From the NCBI GenBank assembly GCA_050949315.1, contig JBMNFL010000001.1:160001-224000 (forward strand): a stretch of 64,000 nucleotides of DNA, written 5' to 3'. The position numbers were made by a program, and so were the translations under genes. How positions within the stretch are numbered: position 1 is the stretch's first letter; each line of letters begins with the position of its first letter. This document shows, piece by piece, positions 54,621 to 64,000 of the stretch. The notes under the pieces are model-generated. The model ran no database searches and was not told where the DNA came from. It was given only the letters and a program-made list of their open reading frames with translations. The stretch is from Bacilli bacterium. Lineage in GTDB: Bacteria; Bacillota_I; Bacilli_A; RFN20; UBA1709.

Positions 54621-57600
54621 AAGCTTGCATATCTTGAAATTCTTTGACGGTTGAGATGGTGTTGTTACGCACCACACAGAGAGTTTTATCGACCAAAGGC
54701 ACGATGTCAGGGATTTTATCGGGTGGGGCAGAAACAATGGCCTGAAGTCCAAAATTCCTCAATAATTTGATACTTTCTTGAATGCGCTCAGAGTCCATTT
54801 TAGAGAAGGCCTCATCAAAGATGATTAAACGAATGGAAGCATTGCGTTCATTTTTTAAATAGAGACGATAGGCCTGAGAAAAGGAGGCCAGAATCGAGAT
54901 ATAGAAGGGGGTTTGAGTTTCACCACCGGACTTGGTCAGTAAGGTTCTAGAAAGTCTTTGTGACTTACCATGGTTATTGGTGACGATCAAGTCAAATTTG
55001 AGATAGGAACGATAGTCGGTGAATTTTTCAATATTCCGTTCAAGCTCAACGCGAATATCGCTACCCAAAGAGGTATCCACGAAGGTGATCTGTCTAAAGA
55101 GGTCTTCAATAACATCTTCGTATTTTTCGGTAAAATCCTTGGCTTCAATATCTTGACCTGTTAGCAATAAGGGGTCATTAATCATCTCATAGTAAGCAAG
55201 ATATTCCCTACGCGGTGAAGCGACAAAACGATAGGAATCTTCTCCGAATTTAGCATGTTCAAGGGCATCATTTAAAGCTTCAATTTGCGAGATGACCGTA
55301 TCGAAGTTGGATTTGAGTTTAGCTAAGAAGTCATTGCGGAATTCTCTTAGGGCATTTTCTTTAGCCTCAATAATCTTGCCCCGATACTCTTTTAATTTGA
55401 TTTCGGCTAAATCGTGATATTCTTCCTCATAGGCTTTGTTATCATCACAACTGGGGTCGTAATTCAACTCATAGATGGTGTTATAACGGGTTCTAAGTTC
55501 ATCGATGTAGCGTTTTTGACCATCTAAGGTCTTAAGGATACTAGCGATTTCGGTAGTCAAAGTTTCGTACAGCGATTCAGGATTGCTATTGATCTGCAGG
55601 ATATCTAAGAAAGCAGGTTCTCCAACTGTTTGAATCCAGGTCTTATCAAAACTTTGATTGATTCTTTCTTTGAGTTCGTTCACCTGAGCTTTTTGGCTAG
55701 GTAGTTCTTCTTTGAGATAACGTTCAATTTGGGCATGACCACGGACAATCTCATTATTTAATTCGAGTTGTTCGCTTTCTAAATCAGCAATCTCTTTTGT
55801 GACCTTTTGAATGTTCTTTTCTAAGGTGTCTAGATAATTTGTTGACATCGATTCAACGATTTCTCTAGTGCCATCGGCTTCTTTAATTAGGCTTGGTAAA
55901 TCCTTGGTATCGTTAAGGACTTTAACCATAGTGCGGATTTCGTTGCTATTAAGGATTTCTAAACTAGTGAGTTTACCGAGGTATTTAACCTGATTATTTA
56001 CCTCTTGTAAACGAGCCTCTAGTTCTTTAATTTCTAAGTTCTTTTGGCGCAGTTGCTCCTTAGTTGAACCACTACCAATGCAGGGGATGACGCGGTTAAC
56101 ATTAAGGCGTCTTGCGACATAGTTTTGGTAGATCATACCATCCTTAGTGATGGAACGGGGATTAGAACGGAGTTTACCTATATCGTGACATTTAATTAGC
56201 GTACCTAGATGCATATTGATATAGGTCTTTGCTCCTTGATTACGGCAGGTTAATTCTTCGCTTAGGGAATTAGCTAAAGGTGCTTTGGCATTAGCGATGA
56301 CTTTTTCGGTATCGACAATACCATAGTCATAGTAAGGCAAGTCATCTTTAACTCTGTCATAGATTCTAATGGCATCATCAACATATTTAGGATCGACGAT
56401 TAAGTAGTAACGTTGATTGCCTAGATAGGCTTCAATCGCTAAGCGCCAACTTTCATCTTTAATATCTAAAAGGTCGGCGAGAATATCGACCGCAATCTTT
56501 GTTTTGTATTTGTTAAATAAAGCCTGTTCAATGATTTCTTTAAAACGCACAAGGCGTTCATCATATTGCTTCTTACCTGAAGATAAACTAACAATATCGG
56601 CCCGATTAGCACTTAATCTCTCGCTGATTTCTACGTTTTCATTGAGAATTTTGAATTGATAGGATTTTAACTGCCCTTGGAAGTCCATGAGCTCTTTGTA
56701 GACTTTTTGAATAATCGCTTCGCCTACGGTTTCGCCCGCCACTTCAAGCTTAAGACTGCGTAAAGTGCTTTGAACAGAGCGGGCTTGTTTAGCTAAGTCG
56801 CTATCAGCAAAGTCTTTACCAAGGTCATTTATCAGAGTATCAATGCCATAATTCCAGTTATCGGCATAGGAGATTAGGTTATTTTTAACCGAGGTAATTT
56901 GGACATTGAGTTCGCGAATTTTTAACTCCAAAGCCTCAAGTTTTTCTTCAAAGGCGGCTCGGCGCTTATAAACATCAGAGGCGAATTTTTCTTCAATTAA
57001 TTTTTCACGGGAGTTTCTAGCGTTTTTAAGTCCAACATTACACTTATCAAGAATTGCTTGAGTCTCTTCAATCTCGGTTTTAACATCGGCGATTTTAAGT
57101 TTGATCTTATCTTCTTGGGCTGCGGTGCGGTAGAGGTTACTGCGCTCAAGGATGTAGCGTTTAATCTCCACGCTTTTTTGTCTTTCTTTCCAAGTGTTGT
57201 ATTTCTCAATAATATCTTCAAGACTATTAACCCTTTTGACGAGTTCTTCGGTCTCGATTTCTAGTTTTTTATAATTGCGGAAGTTTTCCTGCATAGTGAC
57301 CACATTGATGTTATTTTCAACATCGCAGATATATTCGGTGATGAAGGTTTCAATGTTGGTGATAGGGGTAAAAGGAATGGACTTTTTAAACAAGTGAAAG
57401 AAGGTTGAGGGTAGATTACCTAAACGCATTCTTAAAAATTCTCGGTAAGAGGTGTTGGTAGGGAAGAAGGTGACATCACTATAATTATTTAAGAGGAAAA
57501 GGTTTAAGACCTTCATGTCCATGGGAATCTTACCTTCAATGAATCTATTCTCAGGTAAGGCGCCATTATAGTAGAAAAACTTACCATCATAGGAGTCATC

Positions 57601-57957
57601 TTCATAGGAGTCAAAGACAATGCCTAAAGTAAAGGTGTTATCTAAGGTGTCATCATAGAATTCACCGACGACATAAGAAGTGAAGCGGCCATTTCTTAAA
57701 TATAAGGCCCCACCATCTTCGGTATCGCCAAATTCGCAGCGTAGATAGCCCCTTAAGCTACGAGTAGACTTTTCGGAGGCGGACTTATTAAAGAAGTGAC
57801 CAGTTGTATCACCGAGCAAGAGGAGTTGCAAAGCATCAATAACGGTGGTCTTACCGGAAGCGTTTTTCCCAGTTAAGAAGTTCACCAAACCAAAATTTAA
57901 AACCTCATGGGTGAAATAATGCCAATTGGTTAAGAGTAATTTATTTAATTTCTTCAC
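54619..57957 (-). CDS. jetC: SMC-family ATPase, JetC/MksB type
   Basis: LLLTNWHYF, Walker A GKNASGKTT, long coiled coils, signature KSGGETQTPFY, Walker B IIFDEAFSKMD. True start is probably GTG 57957 after AGGAGG. Confidence 0.88.
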   Translation of the reverse strand: MKKLNKLLLTNWHYFTHEVLNFGLVNFLTGKNASGKTTVIDALQLLLLGDTTGHFFNKSASEKSTRSLRGYLRCEFGDTEDGGALYLRNGRFTSYVVGEFYDDTLDNTFTLGIVFDSYEDDSYDGKFFYYNGALPENRFIEGKIPMDMKVLNLFLLNNYSDVTFFPTNTSYREFLRMRLGNLPSTFFHLFKKSIPFTPITNIETFITEYICDVENNINVVTMQENFRNYKKLEIETEELVKRVNSLEDIIEKYNTWKERQKSVEIKRYILERSNLYRTAAQEDKIKLKIADVKTEIEETQAILDKCNVGLKNARNSREKLIEEKFASDVYKRRAAFEEKLEALELKIRELNVQITSVKNNLISYADNWNYGIDTLINDLGKDFADSDLAKQARSVQSTLRSLKLEVAGETVGEAIIQKVYKELMDFQGQLKSYQFKILNENVEISERLSANRADIVSLSSGKKQYDERLVRFKEIIEQALFNKYKTKIAVDILADLLDIKDESWRLAIEAYLGNQRYYLIVDPKYVDDAIRIYDRVKDDLPYYDYGIVDTEKVIANAKAPLANSLSEELTCRNQGAKTYINMHLGTLIKCHDIGKLRSNPRSITKDGMIYQNYVARRLNVNRVIPCIGSGSTKEQLRQKNLEIKELEARLQEVNNQVKYLGKLTSLEILNSNEIRTMVKVLNDTKDLPSLIKEADGTREIVESMSTNYLDTLEKNIQKVTKEIADLESEQLELNNEIVRGHAQIERYLKEELPSQKAQVNELKERINQSFDKTWIQTVGEPAFLDILQINSNPESLYETLTTEIASILKTLDGQKRYIDELRTRYNTIYELNYDPSCDDNKAYEEEYHDLAEIKLKEYRGKIIEAKENALREFRNDFLAKLKSNFDTVISQIEALNDALEHAKFGEDSYRFVASPRREYLAYYEMINDPLLLTGQDIEAKDFTEKYEDVIEDLFRQITFVDTSLGSDIRVELERNIEKFTDYRSYLKFDLIVTNNHGKSQRLSRTLLTKSGGETQTPFYISILASFSQAYRLYLKNERNASIRLIIFDEAFSKMDSERIQESIKLLRNFGLQAIVSAPPDKIPDIVPLVDKTLCVVRNNTISTVKEFQDMQA

Positions 57958-58597
57958 TGTCTTCGTCCTCCTTTTCAAAGGCATAAGGATTATTTTCCGG
58001 CGCCACTTCTTTGAACATAACTTCATAAAGGGCGTTAATCTTATCGTTAGAGACCACTTTGATGATGGTTGGGTAGATTGTTATCAAACAGGTGGGATCC
58101 TCAATCTGGCCTTCTAAACGGGCGATGATGTTATGGCGGATTAAGGTTCTTAAGGTATCGGTAGTATCTTTAATCGTAGGTTTTTTAAGCAACAAGCGAT
58201 CCTCAAGCATGCGGTAAATGACATCGCTGACGCGAATAAATACGACGTTACGCGAGGCATTCTTTTCTTTTTCTTCGTCATAGATGATTCTTAAAGTCAA
58301 AAGGAGAGTAGTAGTGAATTTATCTACTTTTAAGATGTTGTATTCATAACGATTATTCAAAGAGATAATCCCAAAGGCATCATCCTTGACTAGGTTATAG
58401 CCAGCATAATCTAAATACTCACTGAAGAGTGGGAAATTGCGTTCTAAAAAGCGGTAATCAGCATTGATTTTACCAATACGATCACGATTTTCATAGATTT
58501 CCCGTAGCACATAACTCTTATTTAAAAGGTAATTGGCCACTTTTTTAAAGCGTTCTTGTTCAGCACCGGCTAAAAGTTCAAAATCTTGCATCCACAT
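57941..58597 (-). CDS. jetB: JetB/MksE KITE-like subunit (DUF4194-like)
   Basis: 218 aa; LLTLRIIYDE and ITIYPTI motifs; middle gene, overlapping jetC. Confidence 0.8.
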   Translation of the reverse strand: MWMQDFELLAGAEQERFKKVANYLLNKSYVLREIYENRDRIGKINADYRFLERNFPLFSEYLDYAGYNLVKDDAFGIISLNNRYEYNILKVDKFTTTLLLTLRIIYDEEKEKNASRNVVFIRVSDVIYRMLEDRLLLKKPTIKDTTDTLRTLIRHNIIARLEGQIEDPTCLITIYPTIIKVVSNDKINALYEVMFKEVAPENNPYAFEKEDEDSEEIK

Positions 58598-58600
58598 AGC

Positions 58601-60016
58601 TTAATTAATCCTCCTTTTGCGAACAAAATCCAAATCGGGAACGGAGTAATGGTGGTTCATGATATTGCCATCCCGCAGTTCTAAGCGATAGAAAATACGC
58701 TCATCAAAGCCCCGAATAAAGGCATACATCAACATGATTAAAGCATGCAGACTATCGATGCGCATGTCTTTAGTGCTCAGTCGATCTATTTCATCCATCT
58801 GCTCATGCATATATTTAACAACGTTGTTAGTTGAGTATTCATCGCGGATACTGTCGACAAAGTCGCTTACTAAAACATTGGTTGTCTCTTCATCGATGTC
58901 CGGTAATTCTAAAATTTCTCCGCTGCCAAAATCGCGTTCGGCCTTGGCCCGATTAAAGAGTGAGGCATCTGTTAGGGTTGAGCTACTGCGTAAATTAAGA
59001 ATTTCTTGGAGCAGTTCTAAACTCTCAAAGGAGTTGTTGAATCTTTCTTTAGCAAATTGTTCGACAATTTTAGTTAATTTACCTTTGATAGATTTATCAC
59101 TTTTCAAAAGATAACTGATTTTTTCGGTCACCGTTTGCACATACTCATTATTGCGCTCATCAATGGAGTTTAAAAGACTTTGCAAGGAGATGAGCTTATC
59201 GGTGATGAAGTTAATTTTAGAGATGATTTCATCTCTGGCCTCTTCGCGGTCAGTAAAACGCTTTTGAAAGGCGGCTTGGGTGACAATGCTCTCCATAATA
59301 TCAGGACTCCTTAGCCAGCGGCTAAGAATGTTAATAATAGGTCCTTTAAAGCGACTGATAGAGTCTTTGGTTTTTAAGGGTAGGTAGATCTGTTTAATGA
59401 CATCTTTTTGATAGGAATCAAAGTGTTCCGATAGCATTTGGTTGACTGTTTTTAAATGGCCCATTCTGGTGTAATGCCTTTTTAAATCATTAAAAAGACC
59501 TTTAAGGGTGCTCTCAAATTTTTGAATTTTCTCATAGACGCTGGTGATGGCAATGAAACGATAATCCTTATATTCATCATCGGCCTTATCTAAAGCTGAG
59601 TACATTGAATACATAAAAGCATCGTACTCGGCGACTTCTTCGTTGGTTAAATTATAAAGTAAATCTAGCATCTTGATGGAATAGGGCGGCAGGGTGACGT
59701 ATTCTTGCAAGCGGCTACCACGGGCATATTCGGTATCAACCCAACCAGTTTCTTTAAAGCGTTTAACTAAAAAGCGGGCCATTGAGATGGTATCTTTACT
59801 GTTTTCTTCGCTATAACCCTCTTCGGCATTGACATCAATATCGAGAATGTTGGACTGCAGATTATTTGCTAAATGCGCGACCAGAACTTCTTTATCAAGC
59901 ATGACATCGTCGGCAAAGGATTTGCGCATCGATAATAAAGCGGCGGCATAAACTTCCCGATTTTTAGAGGTTAAAACACTAAATAAACTAGCGGGAATAA
60001 CGTCAAATAGTTCCAT
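58601..60016 (-). CDS. jetA: JetA/MksF kleisin-like subunit (DUF5716-like)
   Basis: MELFDVIPASLFSVLTSKNREVY, KETGWV, LKTKDSISRFK; first gene of the operon. Start at ATG 60016 after GAGGAGG. Confidence 0.8.
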   Translation of the reverse strand: MELFDVIPASLFSVLTSKNREVYAAALLSMRKSFADDVMLDKEVLVAHLANNLQSNILDIDVNAEEGYSEENSKDTISMARFLVKRFKETGWVDTEYARGSRLQEYVTLPPYSIKMLDLLYNLTNEEVAEYDAFMYSMYSALDKADDEYKDYRFIAITSVYEKIQKFESTLKGLFNDLKRHYTRMGHLKTVNQMLSEHFDSYQKDVIKQIYLPLKTKDSISRFKGPIINILSRWLRSPDIMESIVTQAAFQKRFTDREEARDEIISKINFITDKLISLQSLLNSIDERNNEYVQTVTEKISYLLKSDKSIKGKLTKIVEQFAKERFNNSFESLELLQEILNLRSSSTLTDASLFNRAKAERDFGSGEILELPDIDEETTNVLVSDFVDSIRDEYSTNNVVKYMHEQMDEIDRLSTKDMRIDSLHALIMLMYAFIRGFDERIFYRLELRDGNIMNHHYSVPDLDFVRKRRIN

Positions 60017-60045
60017 AATAAGTGTCCTCCTCTCAACAACTACCA

Positions 60046-60092
60046 ATTATAGCATAACGAAAGAGGTTTTTGAAAGAAAAATCTTTCAAAAA
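60046..60092 (-). promoter_or_regulatory. Candidate jetABC promoter with palindrome over the -35
   Basis: TGCTATAAT extended -10 on the minus strand (60054-60046); inverted repeat TTTTTGAAAGA-AAAA-TCTTTCAAAAA at 60067-60092. Confidence 0.55.
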
Positions 60093-60093
60093 A

Positions 60094-60120
60094 CAAAAAA
60101 ACGCGCTGTGACACGCGTTT
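60094..60120 (-). terminator. Terminator after tmcAL
   Basis: AAACGCG...CGCGTTT hairpin followed by a T-run on the minus strand. Confidence 0.7.
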
Positions 60121-61249
60121 AAATCTTAACTGGGAAATTACGAAGTTCCTTTAATTGATAGTCATGTTTTTCTAAGCTACGCGAGCCTAAATAGTAGACT
60201 TCACTAGCGATTAATTCACTTAGTAGCAAGGGATTATCCTTGGCAGCAAAGCGAGTTAGGATATTAGCTTCAGTATCTTTACGAATGCTAGCTAGATATT
60301 TCCTGCCCTTAGGTGAAGAGCCGAGTAAACGAATATAGGGCGGTTTTTTTCTTAAGATGGCTTTAGCATCCTTTTTATCGGTGTTGAGCAAGATATGACA
60401 AATGGTCCTTTTAATTCGCGCTCCGCTATAGCGTTTAGAGGTACACATATTGATAAAATCTTCCATGTCCCTAGCTTTGACGATGTTCTTTTTAAAGAGA
60501 TTTTCAATGCCTTCATCAACCAGATGGATTTTTTCTAAATCCTTGGCTTTTGTGGTTACAATTTTGTATTTAAGAAGATTGAAATAATCATCTAAAAAGT
60601 GATGTTCATCAAAGAGCGAACGATTGACTTTTATGGCATTTCTTATCGCCATTGCTGAAGAATATTCGCCGGATCTTCCGATACTTTTTTCGTTATTGAT
60701 CCTCTGATAACAAAGGGGTTTAATTTTTAATTTATTTTGCGTAATTATTTTAAGATAACTATAACCTAAAATATCATTGGGGTTTTCTAAATAGAAGTCA
60801 TTAACGATACGGCTAGCCTCGGCTTTAGCCTTAGGATAACTATAGCCTTCTGCTAAATATTCTTGGATGATCTCATCCATGCGGGGCGAGACAAATTCTT
60901 TGTTTTCAAACTTCTGAAGGAAGGTTTCGGTATCGCCGGATTCCGTACCGAAAACCACGCAATCGGCCCCTAGATCTTCTAGCATGTGAAGAGCAGCTTT
61001 GGCATAAAGATCAGCGTTTTGAAGAGTATAAATGGTGGGGATCTCAATAACTAAATCGACCCCATTATCTAAAGCGGCTAGGGTGCGGCGCTCCTTATCC
61101 ATAATGGCCGGTTCTCCGCGTTGCACAAAATTTGGGGACATGGCTAGAATATAAATATCAGCTTGGCTTAACTCTTGGGCTTTTTCCAAGTATAAAACGT
61201 GACCATTGTGAAAAGGATTAAATTCAGCGACTAAACCACAAACTTTCAT
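60119..61249 (-). CDS. tmcAL: tRNA(Met) cytidine acetate ligase (YlbM)
   Basis: GLVAEFNPFHNGH, NFVQRGEPA, PNDILGYSY, SAMAIR; divergent from yceD-rpmF. Confidence 0.92.
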   Translation of the reverse strand: MKVCGLVAEFNPFHNGHVLYLEKAQELSQADIYILAMSPNFVQRGEPAIMDKERRTLAALDNGVDLVIEIPTIYTLQNADLYAKAALHMLEDLGADCVVFGTESGDTETFLQKFENKEFVSPRMDEIIQEYLAEGYSYPKAKAEASRIVNDFYLENPNDILGYSYLKIITQNKLKIKPLCYQRINNEKSIGRSGEYSSAMAIRNAIKVNRSLFDEHHFLDDYFNLLKYKIVTTKAKDLEKIHLVDEGIENLFKKNIVKARDMEDFINMCTSKRYSGARIKRTICHILLNTDKKDAKAILRKKPPYIRLLGSSPKGRKYLASIRKDTEANILTRFAAKDNPLLLSELIASEVYYLGSRSLEKHDYQLKELRNFPVKI

Positions 61250-61318
61250 TTTTCAAACCTCCACTTTATTATGTTACAATATTTGCGCCCCAAATAACAA
61301 TAAAAAGAGTGCTTTTCG

Positions 61319-61347
61319 TTGACTAATACCTTTCAACATATTAAAAT
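61319..61347 (+). promoter_or_regulatory. sigma-A promoter of yceD-rpmF
   Basis: TTGACT-17bp-TAAAAT. Confidence 0.75.
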
Positions 61348-61380
61348 AGCCATAGCGTTTTTTAGAAGGAGACGACTTTT

Positions 61381-61848
61381 ATGAAATGGACTAAGACCGA
61401 TTTGCTGCGTTTAAAAAGTTCGAGTTTTAGTTATCAAGAAAAACTTTCTATTGACGCGGCACTCTTTGATAAAGCCTTTACATTATTAGAACTTAAAGAT
61501 GTTCAGGTTGCAGGTAAGGCTAGTTATGATTCTCGTTCGGAGTGCTTAAGCCTTAATTTGACCATCACCGGCATTATGGTCTTGCCTTGTGCCCGTTGTT
61601 TGGAACCCGTGGATTATCCGTTTGAAACTAGTGAAATAGTTATCTATTCTTTTCAGGAAAGTAGCAATGATGAGTTTATCGTGGTCAAAGGCAGTGTAAT
61701 AGATACAACGGACTTTGTGCGAGAATGCATTATGCTTGCTATCCCAATACGGGTAATAAAAGAAGGCGTTAAGCCCATAACTGCTCCCGTTTCTGATGTT
61801 GACATCGATCAGCGTCTAGTTAAACTCAAAGATTATTTTAAAGATTAA
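61381..61848 (+). CDS. yceD: YceD/DUF177 family protein (YlbN)
   Basis: LPCARCLEPV, IDQRLVKLKD; located upstream of rpmF. Confidence 0.9.
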   Translation: MKWTKTDLLRLKSSSFSYQEKLSIDAALFDKAFTLLELKDVQVAGKASYDSRSECLSLNLTITGIMVLPCARCLEPVDYPFETSEIVIYSFQESSNDEFIVVKGSVIDTTDFVRECIMLAIPIRVIKEGVKPITAPVSDVDIDQRLVKLKDYFKD

Positions 61849-61863
61849 ATAGGAGGTGTCATT

Positions 61864-62055
61864 ATGGCCGTACCAACCCACAAAACATCCAAGACTAGGA
61901 AAGCTTTACGTCGTAGTCATATGAGTTTGACTGCCGCCACTTTGGTTACTTGTCCCAATTGTGGTAAGGAAATTAAACCCCACCGTGTTTGTCCAAACTG
62001 TGGTTACTATGATGGTAAGAAAGTTAAAGAAATTAAAGTAAAAGAAGAAAAATAA
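61864..62055 (+). CDS. rpmF: 50S ribosomal protein L32
   Basis: MAVPTHKTSK, CPNCG...PHRVCPNCGYY. Confidence 0.98.
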   Translation: MAVPTHKTSKTRKALRRSHMSLTAATLVTCPNCGKEIKPHRVCPNCGYYDGKKVKEIKVKEEK

Positions 62056-62083
62056 AAAAATGAGGGGGTTACCTCATTTTTTT
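62054..62083. terminator. Bidirectional terminator
   Basis: AAAAAAATGAGG-GGGTTA-CCTCATTTTTTT. Confidence 0.8.
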
Positions 62084-62104
62084 GTTGACATAATATAAGT
62101 TTTT

Positions 62105-63262
62105 TTAGCGTGCAAGTTCGTAAATTTTAACGATGTCACTAGCTGTTAGTTTAACAAATTGACCGAGTGGCCCTCTAAGGGTAGCTCTCTTAGCAAGAAA
62201 TTCAAACTTATCAGTGGGGACCTTGGCTTTAACAAGTGAAGTTTCAGCACCCAGACTTTCAAAGAAGGCTTGGGTCTTTTTAATGCCCTCTAAGGCCGCT
62301 TTTTCATCATCTTCTATAGACACATCATAGACCTTTCTAGCGTAGCGAGCGAAAAGGGGGACGTTATGGCGATAGACATACTTCATCCAAGCCGGCACGA
62401 TTATAGCTAAACCTAGACCGTGCGACAGGTCGTATTCGGCACTCAGTTCATGTTCGATGCCATGACTGGCCCAGTCGGCAATACGCCCAGTTTCGAATAG
62501 AGCATTATGGGCGACCGTGGAAGCCCACATAATTTCGGCGGCATAATCATAATTTGCCGGATCTTTTAAAAACTTTGGTCCAAGTTCTTTAATCGCTCGC
62601 ATACCGGCTTCACAGAGTTCGGTAGTTAGTAAGACATGTTCAACATTAGTAAAGTATCTTTCTATAATATGTGAGTACATGTCCACCACGCCCGCGATTA
62701 GATGCTTCTTTGGTACGGTAGCAATTAATGTCGGGTTGAGAAAGGAGAAAAGCGGACGATTGATGTTGTTTCTAAAGGAACGCTTAATCAAACCATCATC
62801 TTTAGTGATGACCGTGGAGTTACTGCTTTCACTACCGGCGGCGGGGATGGTTAAGATAGTACCGAGCGGCAAAATATCAGTTGGCACAGCCTTGCCAGCA
62901 AAGAAGTCCCAAACATCACCATCATATTTAGCTCCTAAAGCGATGGCTTTAGCCGAGTCAATGACACTGCCACCCCCAATTGCTAAAATTAAATCTATTT
63001 TTTTCTTCTTGACTAATTCAATACCTTCATAGACTAGTTTTAAACGGGGGTTAGGGACAATGCCACCGAGTAAGTGAACTTCGAGTTTCGCTTCCTTGAG
63101 TTTACTCATAACTCGGTCTAGTAAACCGCTTCTAACGATACTACCGCCCCCATAATGAATTAAAATTCTCTGCCCATATTTTTGACATTCTTGAGCACAG
63201 GTGTTTTCGACATCGCGACCAAAAATAATCTTTGTTTTATTGTCATAAATGAAATTTTCCAA
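62105..63262 (-). CDS. Iron-containing alcohol dehydrogenase (BdhA/YugJ-like)
   Basis: YGGGSI, IGGGSVIDSAK, TIPAAGSE, DWASHGIEHELS, HGLGL. Start is probably TTG 63262 after AGGAGG. Confidence 0.93.
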   Translation of the reverse strand: MENFIYDNKTKIIFGRDVENTCAQECQKYGQRILIHYGGGSIVRSGLLDRVMSKLKEAKLEVHLLGGIVPNPRLKLVYEGIELVKKKKIDLILAIGGGSVIDSAKAIALGAKYDGDVWDFFAGKAVPTDILPLGTILTIPAAGSESSNSTVITKDDGLIKRSFRNNINRPLFSFLNPTLIATVPKKHLIAGVVDMYSHIIERYFTNVEHVLLTTELCEAGMRAIKELGPKFLKDPANYDYAAEIMWASTVAHNALFETGRIADWASHGIEHELSAEYDLSHGLGLAIIVPAWMKYVYRHNVPLFARYARKVYDVSIEDDEKAALEGIKKTQAFFESLGAETSLVKAKVPTDKFEFLAKRATLRGPLGQFVKLTASDIVKIYELAR

Positions 63263-63387
63263 AATAAAATACCTCCTATATTTTAATAATAACAAAGAAC
63301 GGAATAAAAAGCCAAATATGAAGAGTTCTCTCTTTTTTTAAAAAAGGCTTTACAAAAAATAAAACTGTTGCTATTATTAGAATACAA

Positions 63388-63424
63388 GTGGAGCGTAAGT
63401 GGTTTCACGTGGAACAAAGTGGGG
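63388..63424 (+). promoter_or_regulatory. MraZ-binding direct repeats
   Basis: GTGG units at 63388, 63399, 63409 and 63419 (about one helical turn apart) just upstream of mraZ. Confidence 0.82.
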
Positions 63425-63432
63425 GAAAATCT

Positions 63433-63855
63433 ATGTTCATTGGTCAATATTCACATAACCTAGATGAGAAGAATAGAATTATCATTCCTTCTAAGTTTCG
63501 CGCGAAATTAGGTGCTAATGCGATTATTACATATGGTTATGAACAGTGTTTAACTATTTATACTGAGAAAGCCTGGGAGCATTTACAAGAAAAGCTATTG
63601 GCGCTTTCCGATAATAAGGCCAAGCATCGTAAACATGTTAGGATCCTAGCTGGTTCTGCTTGTGAATGTAGTTGTGATAGTCAAGGAAGAGTAATTTTAC
63701 CGGCAAATTTAATTGCCGCCAGCAACATCAAAAAAGAAATTGTCATTGTTGGTAATCTAGATCATATTGAAATCTGGGCCAAAGAACGTTGGCAAGCCTA
63801 CTATGCTGATGCTCAAGCCAACTTTGATGAATTAGCTGAGAATCTTTTAGACTAA
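63433..63855 (+). CDS. mraZ: Division/cell wall cluster regulator MraZ
   Basis: [37 protein letters not shown]. Confidence 0.97.
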   Translation: MFIGQYSHNLDEKNRIIIPSKFRAKLGANAIITYGYEQCLTIYTEKAWEHLQEKLLALSDNKAKHRKHVRILAGSACECSCDSQGRVILPANLIAASNIKKEIVIVGNLDHIEIWAKERWQAYYADAQANFDELAENLLD

Positions 63856-64000
63856 TGTGCACAGTTGAGTTTAAACATACTCCTGTCCTACTTAAAGAAG
63901 CAGTTGCTGGCTTAGAAATTAAAAAAAACGGAATTTATGTTGATGCGACCGTGGGCGCTGGAGGTCATAGCGCCGCCATTCTAGATAAACTCTCCTTTCC
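63855..64000 (+). CDS. rsmH: 16S rRNA m4C1402 methyltransferase RsmH, 5' part
   Basis: Own translation: [17 protein letters not shown]...[14 protein letters not shown]; runs off the window. Confidence 0.95.
   Translation, partial: MCTVEFKHTPVLLKEAVAGLEIKKNGIYVDATVGAGGHSAAILDKLSF

Noticed and set aside
54495-54752. 85-aa minus-strand ORF as a possible jetD remnant
   Set aside because: It overlaps jetC and pheT in alternative frames, has no TOPRIM features and crosses a terminator.
57958-58026. Extended N-terminus of jetC in the ORF track
   Set aside because: It overlaps jetB; GTG 57957 has a strong SD and matches the usual JetC start.
59-63032. Many short (60-126 aa) antisense or alternate-frame ORFs in the track
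   Set aside because: They lie within well-supported genes, with no evident RBS or recognisable motifs; treated as shadow ORFs.
1-64000. tRNA/rRNA genes, prophage, or TGA=Trp recoding
   Set aside because: No cloverleaf, rRNA or phage genes recognised. All conserved genes read full-length in code 11, and TGA acts as a stop (for example dnaE).

Overview
This is a low-GC Bacilli chromosome segment (genetic code 11; Erysipelotrichales/Mollicutes-related by gene content, which is an inference). Most of it follows the conserved B. subtilis-like housekeeping order: rpsD-ezrA-iscS-thiI-ackA-nrnA-dnaE-polA-mutM/coaE-dnaB-dnaI-pfkA-pfp-pyk-thrS ... infC-rpmI-rplT ... pheST ... tmcAL-yceD-rpmF ... mraZ-rsmH. 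T-box, S4 and L20 leaders, a CIRCE and MraZ boxes are recognisable. Three accessory features stand out. (1) An island of about 12 kb lies between the TrmH gene and pheS. It carries an IS-derived MITE, an orphan S_4TM (CBASS-type) effector-like gene and a giant surface protein gene of about 3069 aa. The last ~40 codons of that gene look like a diversity-generating-retroelement (DGR) variable region on a C-type-lectin-like tip, but no RT or template repeat is visible in the window. (2) The giant gene is split from its N-terminal membrane anchor by a 1120-bp IS481-like element with an unusually long 25-bp target duplication. (3) A jetABC/mksFEB SMC operon with no jetD nuclease sits among housekeeping genes. 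All family assignments come from motif recognition by eye, not database searches.
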